Assembly (NCBI GenBank): GCA_007376285.1
Contig: VMFZ01000007.1
Location: 1-54,968, forward strand
DNA: 54,968 nt
Reading direction: 5' to 3'
DNA from: Parcubacteria group bacterium Gr01-1014_17
Lineage (GTDB): Bacteria > Patescibacteriota > Minisyncoccia > Phycocordibacterales > UBA10002
Numbering within the stretch: the stretch's first letter is position 1; each line of letters opens with the position of its first letter. Positions 27,077 through 36,767 of the stretch are shown here, piece after piece. Below the pieces are notes generated by a model. It was not told the DNA's origin, made no database searches, and saw nothing but the letters and a program-made list of their open reading frames with translations. Made by a program: the position numbers and the translations under genes.

Positions 27077-28354
27077 CTACAAATACAACAGAGGGTTGAG
27101 GTAAGCTCCGGGGTTGGCAACCGGAATAATATAATTGCGCCCACACACACGGCTTGGGCGCGTGGCGACTTGCACACCTTGTGTTGCAAACACGGTGAAG
27201 TGAAGATGCGGACCAGTGGCGTACCCAGTTGCGCCACTGTAGCCGACCACTTCGCCAGTAGAAACGCCCTGCCCTTCGGAAACGCGGATGAGCGAAAGGT
27301 GGGCGTAGAGGGTCGTAAGCCCGTTGCTGTGTTCAATTAAAATCCACTTTCCGTAAGAAGCGCCGCTACAGGTGCGGTCGGTATCGCCAACTCCTTTTAC
27401 CACACCAGAGAGCGCGGTCTTAATCGGCGTTCCAACGCCGGCGCGAAAGTCAACGCCGTTGTGTCCGCTCCCGTTGTACGCGCCGCTTTTCGCAAATGCC
27501 GTAGCGCCAAAGTATTGTGTAATTTTTATCGCGTCCAGCGGCCAGCGCAACACTCCGGAGCCCACCTGCGGCAGGCGCGACGGGTCTAGTTCAAACTTCA
27601 ACTGCGATTCGTATTCCAAAAGCTCGTTTTCAAACGCTTCGCGGAGCGCCAATTTGTCTTGCAGTAATTTTTTGTAATTTGTTTCTTTGTTTTTTGTCGC
27701 GGTCAAAAACGCCTGCTGTGTTGTGCGCTCTCCGTCTGCAATTCGTTTGCGGTCCGCGCGCTCGTTTTTAAGCGCGGTGAGCTCTTTTCTTTTTGCGTCA
27801 ATTTCGGCACGGTTCTCTTCCAACTCGGCTTTTAATTCTTTAACACCACGAATGCTGTCTGCAAGCCGCGCTTCAACCGCGCGAAGCGCCTCCGCTTCGC
27901 GCCACGCACCTGAAAACCCGTTTTCATTCAAAAAAATCTCTACAGGACTTTCGCGATGCCCCTCTGCAAGTAGGCGGAGCGCTTTCTCCAGTCCCGCGTT
28001 TCCGCGCCCAATACGCTTCTCTTGCACTCCTATATTTTCTGTGAGCGCGTCTATGGAAAGAGTGGCTGCACTTATTCTGCTCTCTGTTGCCTTGATTTCC
28101 GCAAGGAGCTTTTTGCGTGTCAAGTCCAACTCCGCAATCGCATTTTTCAAAGAGTTCGCTTCCCCACCGAGCTTGTCAAGTTCGCCCTGATAGGCGGCAA
28201 TTTCTTTTTCAAGAGCCGCAATCTGCTCGTTGCGCTCGCTGATTTTGGTTTGTAAGTCCGCGATATCTGAATACACAGGCAAAACGGCGAGCGTAGTAAG
28301 CGCGCATAATATGGCGGCAACGCGCCAAAAGATTTCACCGTGGCTGTTTTGCAT
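27077..28354 (-). CDS. Coiled-coil plus M23 peptidase (EnvC/MepM-like)
   Basis: Signal peptide, long coiled coil, HNGVDF (HxxxD), YAHL, TGPHLHF. Confidence 0.92.
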   Translation of the reverse strand: MQNSHGEIFWRVAAILCALTTLAVLPVYSDIADLQTKISERNEQIAALEKEIAAYQGELDKLGGEANSLKNAIAELDLTRKKLLAEIKATESRISAATLSIDALTENIGVQEKRIGRGNAGLEKALRLLAEGHRESPVEIFLNENGFSGAWREAEALRAVEARLADSIRGVKELKAELEENRAEIDAKRKELTALKNERADRKRIADGERTTQQAFLTATKNKETNYKKLLQDKLALREAFENELLEYESQLKFELDPSRLPQVGSGVLRWPLDAIKITQYFGATAFAKSGAYNGSGHNGVDFRAGVGTPIKTALSGVVKGVGDTDRTCSGASYGKWILIEHSNGLTTLYAHLSLIRVSEGQGVSTGEVVGYSGATGYATGPHLHFTVFATQGVQVATRPSRVCGRNYIIPVANPGAYLNPLLYL

Positions 28355-29258
28355 ACTGCTTGTTGAGCCAGTTGAGTTTGTTGGAGTCCAGCATCGCTCC
28401 ACCTTTTTGCACGCGTTCCAAACTAAAATGCTGAAGGAGGTCGCTCCACGACAAGACCTCGCTTGCATCTCCAGATGGATGCCAGCCAAGCAACGCGAGG
28501 AAATTTACCATTGCTTCCGGCGCAATCTCTGCGTTTCTATAATGTGCGAGCGATACCGATTCTCCGTGTTTTCGTTTGGAAAGTTTGGAACGGTCAGGCG
28601 CTAAAATCAAAGGCAGATGCGCGTACGCGGGGCGCGGCGCACCGATGGATTCCTGAATTAAAATCTGCCGCGCGGTGTTGGAGATATGGTCTTCTCCGCG
28701 GATGATGTGTGTGACTCCCATTTCAAAGTCATCCACCACAACCGCAAGGTGGTACAGCGGCTCAGAAACCGACTTGGCGATGACGAAATCCTTAAGTTCT
28801 GTCGTATCAAAAGAAACCTCCCCGCGCACAATATCTTGAAACGAAACGCGCTTGTTGGGATTTTTAAATCGGACGACTTCTATCATCCCCTCCTCAGTTG
28901 AGGAGGGGTGCCCGAAGGGCGGGGTGGTGGTGTTAGTTATCTTTTTTGGCTCTCTTGACACATACGCCGCGCCAGATTTTATTAGCGTAGTGAGGTGTTT
29001 CTGATATATGTCTGTTCGCTCCGACTGGCGATATATGTCATCTGGTTTTATCCCTAACCATTTTAACCCGCTAAAAATATCTTCTTCATATTTCTTCTCC
29101 GAGCGTTCTTTATCGGTATCTTCAATGCGTAAAATAAACGAGCCGCCGTGCTGTTTGGTGAAAATATAATTAAAGAGCGCGGTACGCGCGCCGCCGATGT
29201 GAAGCGGCCCCGTGGGGCTCGGCGCAAATCGAACGATGACTTTGTGTTCTTTTTTCAT
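28335..29258 (-). CDS. gltX: Glutamyl-tRNA synthetase catalytic domain only (~307 aa, no anticodon-binding domain)
   Basis: RFAPSPTGPLHIGG, LRIEDTD, VVDD, RGEDH, KLSKR; ends shortly after KLNWLN. Confidence 0.88.
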   Translation of the reverse strand: MKKEHKVIVRFAPSPTGPLHIGGARTALFNYIFTKQHGGSFILRIEDTDKERSEKKYEEDIFSGLKWLGIKPDDIYRQSERTDIYQKHLTTLIKSGAAYVSREPKKITNTTTPPFGHPSSTEEGMIEVVRFKNPNKRVSFQDIVRGEVSFDTTELKDFVIAKSVSEPLYHLAVVVDDFEMGVTHIIRGEDHISNTARQILIQESIGAPRPAYAHLPLILAPDRSKLSKRKHGESVSLAHYRNAEIAPEAMVNFLALLGWHPSGDASEVLSWSDLLQHFSLERVQKGGAMLDSNKLNWLNKQYAKQPR

Positions 29259-29262
29259 ATAG

Positions 29263-30390
29263 TTATTTTTCGTGTGAAAGCCCAATCTCAAGAAGCTTCT
29301 CGGCAATCACGAGCGCGGCGTCTTGCTTCGCGAACGCGCGCGCGGCGCGCGCCATCTCGGCGCGGCGGCCCTCATCGCCCATAATTTTCGCAATTTCCGC
29401 AAGAAAGAGCGCTGGCGAGAGATTTGTTTCTTCCAAGACAGCCGCCGCGCCATTCTCCGCATATACATACGCATTTTTGCGCTGATGGTCGCCATTTGAT
29501 TCGGTGATGGGAATAACAATGGATGGCAAACCCCAGACGGCAATTTCAAAAATCGTTGAGCCGGCGCGCGAGACAGCGAGCGATGCGGCAGATGCCGCCA
29601 TACGAAGCGCCTCTTCATCTAGAAATGCAAACGGATGGTAACGCACGACGCGGCCGCTTCCTTCCAAGATGACGAGGCCACGCGCCGCCGCCTCGGCAAG
29701 GTTTTCTTTTCCGGTCTGATGAATAATCTGAAACTGTTCGGTGAGTTTGGAGAGCGAAGAAAGAATAAGCTCGTTGATTGCCTGCGCTCCTTGCGAGCCG
29801 CCGAGCACCAGGAGCACTGGAACATTTGCTTCCAGTTTTAAAAATATGCGCGCGCCATCTGCGCTCGGCAAAAGTAATGCTTTGCGCACCGGATGTCCGG
29901 TCCATGCGGTTTTCTCTGGCGGGAAAAACTGCGCGGCATCCGCAAACGAAACCGCGATGCGCGCGGCAAACTTCCCCGCCCAGCGGTTCACCCTGCCCGG
30001 CACGGAGTCGGATTCGTGAATCACGACCGGAATGCGGAGGATGCGCGCGGCAAGCAAAGTTGGAAAACTCCCGTACCCGCCTTTGCCGAACACCACATCA
30101 GTATAATGATAAAAAAGAAGCCAGAGGGTTTTGACGACACCCCACGCGGTGGTGAATGCGTCAATGATATTTTTCTTGTCCGTATAGCGCCGGAGCTTGC
30201 CGGCAGGCGTTTGAACAAAGATGATATTATGTTTCGCCAAAAGCCCCGCGTCGCACGGGTCAGGGGAAAAAAAATAGAGCTGCGGCTCCACGAGTCGCTT
30301 TTCGCGCGCAAGCGCGCGCACTTCCTCCGCTACCGCAATAATCGGGTAGAAATGCCCGCCTGTTCCGCCTCCGGTAAATACGATTTTCAT
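29263..30390 (-). CDS. murG: MurG N-acetylglucosaminyl transferase
   Basis: GGGTGGH, GKGGYGS, HESD, GGSQGA, HQTG, DHQRKNA. Confidence 0.96.
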   Translation of the reverse strand: MKIVFTGGGTGGHFYPIIAVAEEVRALAREKRLVEPQLYFFSPDPCDAGLLAKHNIIFVQTPAGKLRRYTDKKNIIDAFTTAWGVVKTLWLLFYHYTDVVFGKGGYGSFPTLLAARILRIPVVIHESDSVPGRVNRWAGKFAARIAVSFADAAQFFPPEKTAWTGHPVRKALLLPSADGARIFLKLEANVPVLLVLGGSQGAQAINELILSSLSKLTEQFQIIHQTGKENLAEAAARGLVILEGSGRVVRYHPFAFLDEEALRMAASAASLAVSRAGSTIFEIAVWGLPSIVIPITESNGDHQRKNAYVYAENGAAAVLEETNLSPALFLAEIAKIMGDEGRRAEMARAARAFAKQDAALVIAEKLLEIGLSHEK

Positions 30391-30402
30391 ACGCGCATTG
30401 TA

Positions 30403-31500
30403 TCACTTTAAATGCCGCGAGACATTCAAAATCAACCCAACTTCAATGAGCGCGGCGATCATCGCGGTGCCACCATGAGAGATGAGCGGAAGCGTCAAGC
30501 CCGAGAGCGGAAAGAGCCCCAGCATTGAGGAGAAGTTGAGAAACGCAGCGCCGGTGATGAGGGTCGTGCACCCGAGCGCCAAGAGCCGTTCAAACGCATC
30601 AGGCGCACGCGCTGAGATGCGAAGCCCTCGGAACGCAAGTCCGGTAAAAAGTAAAACAAGCAAGAGCGTCCCGATGAGGCCGAACTCCTCGCCGAAGACG
30701 GCGAATATGGAGTCGCTCGTTGGCTCAGGCAAGCGGTCAAATTTCTGCACGCTCCGCCCAAACCCTTTGCCGGTAAGCCCGCCGCTCCCAATAGCAATAA
30801 GCGATTGCTGCAGTTGATAGCTGGCGCCAAGCGGGTCACGGTCGGGATTGATAAAAACCGTGAGACGCTCCAACAAATACGGCCGAACGGAAAAAAGCAC
30901 TGTCGCGCCTATGAGCCCTACAATGCCGAGCGTTAGTAAATGCTTCATCGGATAACCGCCGACTGCGTAAAGTGCGGCTCCTGCGGCAATCACAATTGCA
31001 AACGAATCGGTATCGGGCTGTGAGAGAAAGAGAGCACCGGCAACAATCAGAAAAAGAAAGAAAATTAAAAATGTCTTCCGATGATGTATCTCTCGAGCGG
31101 CGTTTCCTTGCGCGAGCCAAGCAGCAAGTACAATGACAAATGCGAGTTTGAAAATTTCTCCCGGCTGAACGGAAACGCCAAAAAGCGAGAACCACCGCTG
31201 TGCTCCTCCGTAAGAAACGCCGATATCAGGAATCAGCAACAGAACCATCGGTATAGTGGCGGCGATGCCTATAACCCATGCGTACTTTTTTACAAACGAA
31301 AGAGGGATGCGCGCGGCGATGGCGCAACAGACGAGCCCGAGCGCAATGCTTGCAAATTGCGTGAGCGCCGTGCTCGCAAACAACCCTCCTTCTTTGAGTA
31401 ATAATCCAAACGAGGCGGAAGTGAAAATGACATACCCGCCGACGACAAGCAGTCCTGCGATAAAAAGAAAAATTCGGTCAACAGATTGTTTTCTGCGCAT
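30403..31500 (-). CDS. ftsW: SEDS family protein FtsW/RodA
   Basis: GAQRW, QPGEIFK, QPD, YQLQQS, LPEPTSDSIF, GLTLPLISHGG. Start taken at MRRKQ. Confidence 0.9.
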   Translation of the reverse strand: MRRKQSVDRIFLFIAGLLVVGGYVIFTSASFGLLLKEGGLFASTALTQFASIALGLVCCAIAARIPLSFVKKYAWVIGIAATIPMVLLLIPDIGVSYGGAQRWFSLFGVSVQPGEIFKLAFVIVLAAWLAQGNAAREIHHRKTFLIFFLFLIVAGALFLSQPDTDSFAIVIAAGAALYAVGGYPMKHLLTLGIVGLIGATVLFSVRPYLLERLTVFINPDRDPLGASYQLQQSLIAIGSGGLTGKGFGRSVQKFDRLPEPTSDSIFAVFGEEFGLIGTLLLVLLFTGLAFRGLRISARAPDAFERLLALGCTTLITGAAFLNFSSMLGLFPLSGLTLPLISHGGTAMIAALIEVGLILNVSRHLK

Positions 31501-31508
31501 ATTCGTAT

Positions 31509-31577
31509 GGCACCCGATGTTGTCTCCTCTTCGGCGACCCGCCGATGAGGCGGGATGGCGGGCAAACATCGGGTGCC
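31509..31577. repeat. Composite element: family A nested inside the loop of family B
   Basis: gcacccgatgtt-[gtctcctcttcggcgacccgccgatgaggcggga]-..ggcaaacatcgggtgc. Confidence 0.85.
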
Positions 31578-31670
31578 TAAAATTAAACGAGTTTTATTAT
31601 TGTATCACTGTTTTTTACTCGATTTTGATGAAGCTGGTTTTTCTTTGTCTGTTTTTTTACTACACACCAT

Positions 31671-31714
31671 GTTCACTATTCCAACTACTTGCTATAGCAA
31701 TTAACTGGAAGAGT
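31671..31714. repeat. Palindromic repeat family C
   Basis: gttcactattccaactacttgctatagcaattaactggaagagt. Confidence 0.85.
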
Positions 31715-31758
31715 GCTGAAAACAGCCAATAAGCGTGGGGAGGGGGGAATTTATGATA

Positions 31759-32814
31759 CTATCCAATCAGCGCCACAATCGTGCCGACCATGGCGAAAAG
31801 GACCGAAAGCACCCAATAGCGCATGGTTACTTTGTACGGCGGCCAGCCGAGCGCTTCAAAGTGGTGATGCAGTGGCGCGACTAGAAATACCTTCTTGCCT
31901 CTGAACTTTTTTGATGCCACCTGCACTATGTTGGAAAGGGTGGTGAGCAAAAGCGGGGCGGCGATAATCGGAAGCACGGCGATACCTTTTCCGCCATCTA
32001 CGGCGTCAGTCATAAACGCGACAATTGTTAATGCGAGTGTGAGCGCCATCGTGCCGGTTTCGGAAAGATAAAAGCGCGCTGGCGGAATGTTGAACCAGAG
32101 GAACGCAAGAATGCCGCCCACGAGCGCCGCGCAAAGCGCGGCGAGGTTGAATTGGTCTTGGAAAAAAGCAATCAAAGAATATGCTCCGAACATAATCGCA
32201 AACACGCCTCCGGCAAGACCGTCTATGCCGTCTATCACACCTCCAGAATACACCGCGAGCGCAATCAAGATAAAAAGCGGAATGAAAAACATTCCGACTT
32301 GCACTTCACCAACAAACGGAAACGATACCGCGCTAGTTTCTAGTTTGACAAAAAACCAAAGCGCGGCAAGTAGTGAAATAACGGTAACGGCAATAAGACG
32401 CTTCTTAAGCGAGATTCCTCCCGCTCCGCGCACTTCCAGAAAATCATCTACTAATCCAACCAACGCTCCCAAAAGAAGTGCTGCAAGTGGGAGCCATGTT
32501 TGGCCACGGCTCACGAAGTCCAGTTTTGAGAAGAGTTCTGAAGAAACAAGTAGCGGTAGAAGCCACAAGAGAAGCGCGGTTGCACATGCGGCGACCCACA
32601 CCACTACCCCGCCCATTTTCGGTGTGCCGACTTCGCGCGTTTCGTGTAGTTTGTTGAAAATAGGCGCGTCATTTCCGTCAAGCGCGCGTTTGCCTGCGCG
32701 CTTTTTCCACATTTTGCGCGTATACAAAAAATTCGTCAACACCGGCGCAAAGCCGATGCCGATTGCAAACGAGATAACTCCAGGTAGAAGTGTTTTTACT
32801 ACATCTAAAATCAT
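31759..32814 (-). CDS. mraY: Phospho-MurNAc-pentapeptide transferase
   Basis: GTPKMGG, GLVDD, DGIDGL, FLWFN, APLHHHFE. Confidence 0.95.
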   Translation of the reverse strand: MILDVVKTLLPGVISFAIGIGFAPVLTNFLYTRKMWKKRAGKRALDGNDAPIFNKLHETREVGTPKMGGVVVWVAACATALLLWLLPLLVSSELFSKLDFVSRGQTWLPLAALLLGALVGLVDDFLEVRGAGGISLKKRLIAVTVISLLAALWFFVKLETSAVSFPFVGEVQVGMFFIPLFILIALAVYSGGVIDGIDGLAGGVFAIMFGAYSLIAFFQDQFNLAALCAALVGGILAFLWFNIPPARFYLSETGTMALTLALTIVAFMTDAVDGGKGIAVLPIIAAPLLLTTLSNIVQVASKKFRGKKVFLVAPLHHHFEALGWPPYKVTMRYWVLSVLFAMVGTIVALIG

Positions 32815-32822
32815 AAAGATAT

Positions 32823-33752
32823 TTATTTAGGGTCGTCTTTCTGCAAATACTGGAGCGTTGCGGCGACCAGTGTCTTTACATCCTCAAACCGTTCATCTTC
32901 TGTAGAGCCGAGTACCGCGATGGCAATTGGCTTCCCAACGCCTGCGTCAAATACAATCGCCAAATTGCCGCCAGCAAGGTCAGTAAGTCCTGTTTTGGAC
33001 GCGCGAAGCAGGGGGATGTCTGTTACAATTTTGTTCGTGTTGTCGGCTTCGTGCTTGTTACCATTTTCTTTCGTAAACAACGATGTCTGCTTCGTGGTCG
33101 CGTCAAAAAGCTCGGGATGCGTGAGGTACGCACGGGAAATCAGGCGCGCTACATCGTGTGCAGAACCGTACCCGCCGGCGAGTCCTTCGCTTTCATCCAA
33201 TCCGGTTTCGTTTAGAAAATATGTTTCGGTAAGTCCAAACTTTTCCGATTCGCCGTTCATTGCCGTAATAAATTGATTTCTATTATCTGATAGGTCTCCG
33301 CCGCCAGAAACAAAACTCCCGGCAACTGCTGCCGCCGCGGCGGCTCCCTCATTTGAGGATGCCGCCAGAGAGAACGAAAGCAAGTCCTTGAGAGGCCACT
33401 GTTCGTTGTTGAGCGGAACAAGTGCGTAGCTTGGCGCGATAGCGAGCGCGGTCACCGCAGTCATTATTTTTGTGAGCGAAGCAAGTGGAAGCTGGGCATC
33501 CGCATTTTTCTCAAAAATCGTCTTGCCGGTTGAAACATCAAACACTTCCGCCGCGCCAGCCGTGAGCACTACTTCATCAAACGGAGATGGAGCAGTAATT
33601 GCGGCCCCTATTATCGCATACGCCGCACCCGGCGCTCTTTCTTCGGCAAATCGCAAAGAAGATGGAGAAGACACACCAGCAAGCGCACCTACTAAGGCGC
33701 CAGCGACAGCAAACGAAGCAAAAAAACGAAATTGGTGATGCGATTCATTCAT
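32823..33752 (-). CDS. D-Ala-D-Ala carboxypeptidase (peptidase S11)
   Basis: ASLTK (SxxK), SSN (SxN), KTG. Start taken at MNESHH. Confidence 0.88.
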   Translation of the reverse strand: MNESHHQFRFFASFAVAGALVGALAGVSSPSSLRFAEERAPGAAYAIIGAAITAPSPFDEVVLTAGAAEVFDVSTGKTIFEKNADAQLPLASLTKIMTAVTALAIAPSYALVPLNNEQWPLKDLLSFSLAASSNEGAAAAAAVAGSFVSGGGDLSDNRNQFITAMNGESEKFGLTETYFLNETGLDESEGLAGGYGSAHDVARLISRAYLTHPELFDATTKQTSLFTKENGNKHEADNTNKIVTDIPLLRASKTGLTDLAGGNLAIVFDAGVGKPIAIAVLGSTEDERFEDVKTLVAATLQYLQKDDPK

Positions 33753-34290
33753 CTTGTTTATTCTCTGTTTTAGCGGCAAATGCGTCAAGTTCTTTTTTCG
33801 CGACAGCATAGTCCGGTAATTCTTCAACGCGCGACACACCGAGATGCGCGAGAAGCTCAAGTGTTGGTTCATACACAAATCCGCGCGCGTCTTTTGGGTT
33901 CGTCTTGCGCGCGACCAGTCCGCGTGCCGCGAGCTCGCGTAGAGTAAATGTGGAATTGACGCCACGAATCCAATCAATCTCGCGCCGCGTCGCACATGCG
34001 CGGTAAAGCACGACCGCAAGCGCTTCCGCACCCGCCTTCCCCACATCACGCGCGAGTTCTTCTTGCAAAATCTTTTCTACGAGCGCGCTTGTTTCTGGAG
34101 CGGTGCGCAATTCCACTTCGTCTCCCGCACGCACGAACGACACGCCTCTTCCAGCGAGATGTGCTTCAAGAACTGCAAGCCCCGCCTCAACTGTTTTTTT
34201 ATCAACACCTAAAATATCCGCAAGCTGTTTTATGCTCACGGATTCTGCTTTAAAAAAAAGAATGGCTTCTAGTTGTGCATCAATGTTCAT
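33745..34290 (-). CDS. scpB: SMC segregation protein B
   Basis: LEAILF, EALAVVLY, IDWIRGVNS; follows scpA. Confidence 0.93.
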   Translation of the reverse strand: MNIDAQLEAILFFKAESVSIKQLADILGVDKKTVEAGLAVLEAHLAGRGVSFVRAGDEVELRTAPETSALVEKILQEELARDVGKAGAEALAVVLYRACATRREIDWIRGVNSTFTLRELAARGLVARKTNPKDARGFVYEPTLELLAHLGVSRVEELPDYAVAKKELDAFAAKTENKQDE

Positions 34291-35015
34291 TGGTATTTTG
34301 GTACGCCGACTTCATTTGTTTCCATTAGTATATCGTCAAAATGCTTTTCTTGTGTCACGCGAATGGCGCCTCGGCGGATAAGCTCAAGCATCGCAAGAAA
34401 ACTCACGATGATTTCTTTTTTTGCTTTTGCGCCGAGTGCTCCCGCGAAATCACGAAAACCTAAACGGAGGCACGCCTGAATCCGCCCAGTTAAGCGCGCA
34501 ATCGTATCATCAAGCGAGAGTACTTTTTCCACAACGACTTTCGGAAGCGCCGCAACGCGCGGCAAGTTCATAAGGAGCGAGCGGAGTGCCTCCGCGAGCG
34601 ACGCAATAGTAGTTGACGGAGAGGGAGTAAAAAGCGGAGAGCGCTCGCGCGCCTCAAGAGAAAACAAGATATGTTTACCGAAACGGGTGCGCAACTTCCC
34701 CGCATACCAGCGCACTTTCTGGTACAGCGCGAGGCGCGCTTCAAGCTCTGCAATGTCTATTTTCTCTTCCACTGTGAGCTCAAGAGACGGCAAGAGCGAT
34801 TTTGATTTTATCAAAAGAAGCGTTGAAGCGACCAAAATAAAAGAAGCGCCTTCGGCAATTGGAAACTCTTCAAACTGTTTTGCGTACGCAATGAAATCGT
34901 CCGCCACGACGGACAGCGACACATCGCTTACATGAAGCTTGCGCCCCTCAATCAAATCCAAAAGCACATCCAATGGCCCCTCAAACTTTTCATGCTTTAC
35001 CGTAAACGCAGACAT
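34287..35015 (-). CDS. scpA: SMC segregation protein A
   Basis: FEGPLDVLLDLI, LLLIKSKSLLP, FLAMLEL. Confidence 0.93.
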   Translation of the reverse strand: MSAFTVKHEKFEGPLDVLLDLIEGRKLHVSDVSLSVVADDFIAYAKQFEEFPIAEGASFILVASTLLLIKSKSLLPSLELTVEEKIDIAELEARLALYQKVRWYAGKLRTRFGKHILFSLEARERSPLFTPSPSTTIASLAEALRSLLMNLPRVAALPKVVVEKVLSLDDTIARLTGRIQACLRLGFRDFAGALGAKAKKEIIVSFLAMLELIRRGAIRVTQEKHFDDILMETNEVGVPKYQ

Positions 35016-35017
35016 TT

Positions 35018-36349
35018 TTATTTTGACAATAGCGTGTCAATGCGGTTCAGATCGCGAGGGAAAAGGGTCGCTTCTTTGACATTTGAAAGGCCCAAGAGCT
35101 TTTGGGTCAGCCGTTCCAACCCCATACCGAAGCCTCCGTGCGGCGGCATTCCGTACTTGAATGCTTGCAAATAAAACGAGAACTTTTCGGGGTCCAGCCC
35201 CTTTTCTTTGAGCGATGCGATGAGCGCGTCGTAGTCGTGAATGCGCTGTGCGCCAGTCGTAATCTCAACGCCGCGAAACAGAAGGTCAAACCCTTTGGTA
35301 TACATCGGGTTCGCTTCGTCACGGTATGTATAGAACGGGCGCTTTGCGGTAGGAAAATGCGTGATGAATATAAAGTCAGATTTATGCTCTTTTTTTGCGT
35401 GCTCGCAAAGCCATCGCTCGTCTTCTGGGTCTAGGTCCATAGCGTCGGTTTTGTTCGCACCAGTTTCTTTTTTGATTAGCGTAAGCGCGTCAGTTAATTT
35501 CATTGACGGAATCTTTTTTGGCACTGCAGGAATTTCTTCCTCCAAACATGCGAACTCCTCAGCGCACTGCGCCTTTAGTTCTTTTTCCAAATGCAAAAGA
35601 AAACGATTTTCAATTTCCATCACATCCGTATGGTCGGTAATAAATCCAAACTCAATATCCAAACTCGTATATTCATTGATATGCCGCGTGGTACTGTGTT
35701 TCTCTGCGCGATACACATTGCCGACTGTAAAGACGCGCTCAAACACGCCGACCATAATCTGCTTGTAGAGCTGTGGCGATTGCGCCAAGTGCGCCGTGTG
35801 CTTGAAATACGAAACATCAAACGAGTTCGCCCCACCCTCCGCATCGTCTCCGATAAGTTTTGGCGCTTGAAACTCTGTAAAACCTTCGCGCGTATAAAAC
35901 TCGCGGAATGCTTTCACAGTATACGCTTGTACTTTGAAAATTGCTGTATGTTTTTTGTCGCGTAAGGTGAGCGGGAGATAATCCAAGTGTGTATCTATAT
36001 TTGTGTCGGCGCCGAGTTCAAACGGCAATTCTTTCGCCTTCCCCAACACATTGATTTCCAATACTTCCATCTCAATCTCGCCGTTTGGCTCGTCTTTGTT
36101 GACCATCTTCTCTGGCCGCTTGTTCACCTTTCCGGTAACGGCAATCACCCACTCGGGGCGGACGGTAGCCGCGAGTTCGTGTGCTTCTTTATGATTCGGA
36201 AGCGCAACCATCTGCACTTTGCCCGACGCATCGCGCAAATCAATAAAAATTAGTTTACCGTGGTCGCGTCGCACATCCACAAACCCGGCAATCGTAACCT
36301 CTGTGCCAACATGCTCTTTCAAGTCCTTTATGAGCGTTCTGTTTTTCAT
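35018..36349 (-). CDS. aspS: Archaeal-type (probably non-discriminating) aspartyl-tRNA synthetase
   Basis: OB fold FIDLRD, EGGA, LAQSPQLYKQ, RAE, GAQRIH, PHGGFGMGLER; 443 aa with no GAD insert. Confidence 0.88.
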   Translation of the reverse strand: MKNRTLIKDLKEHVGTEVTIAGFVDVRRDHGKLIFIDLRDASGKVQMVALPNHKEAHELAATVRPEWVIAVTGKVNKRPEKMVNKDEPNGEIEMEVLEINVLGKAKELPFELGADTNIDTHLDYLPLTLRDKKHTAIFKVQAYTVKAFREFYTREGFTEFQAPKLIGDDAEGGANSFDVSYFKHTAHLAQSPQLYKQIMVGVFERVFTVGNVYRAEKHSTTRHINEYTSLDIEFGFITDHTDVMEIENRFLLHLEKELKAQCAEEFACLEEEIPAVPKKIPSMKLTDALTLIKKETGANKTDAMDLDPEDERWLCEHAKKEHKSDFIFITHFPTAKRPFYTYRDEANPMYTKGFDLLFRGVEITTGAQRIHDYDALIASLKEKGLDPEKFSFYLQAFKYGMPPHGGFGMGLERLTQKLLGLSNVKEATLFPRDLNRIDTLLSK

Positions 36350-36417
36350 AGTTACTATAGTAACAAAGATTTTGTATTCCCACCCCCTATGGAAACATAC
36401 CAACATTCTGCAGAATG

Positions 36418-36696
36418 TCAGAATGATTTTAAGAAAGCAAAGAACTTTTCTCCGTAGGGCGAGAGCGTATGCTCCACTTCCCTGCCCTTATACTTTTTAT
36501 TAACTAATCCAGATTGCGACAACTTTCTCACATGTTCCGATATTGTTTTAATGTCGCAATCCAAACGGTCGGCTATATTACCCAAAGCAACCTTCGGATT
36601 TTTCTGAATCAAAAACAAAATCTCAATGCGCCAGTGATTTGCCGCGCCTTTGAAATGCCTCTCCAATTGCTTTGCGGTTTTAATTTTTTCCACCAT
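36418..36696 (-). CDS. ArsR/SmtB-family winged-helix regulator
   Basis: ANHWRIEIL..IADRL..TISEHVRKL..GLV. Confidence 0.85.
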   Translation of the reverse strand: MVEKIKTAKQLERHFKGAANHWRIEILFLIQKNPKVALGNIADRLDCDIKTISEHVRKLSQSGLVNKKYKGREVEHTLSPYGEKFFAFLKSF

Positions 36697-36767
36697 TGTT
36701 TATGCGCTTACCAGTATACCAAGTATTTGCTGTAAATCCTACACCGACCATTATCTCTAACACCATA

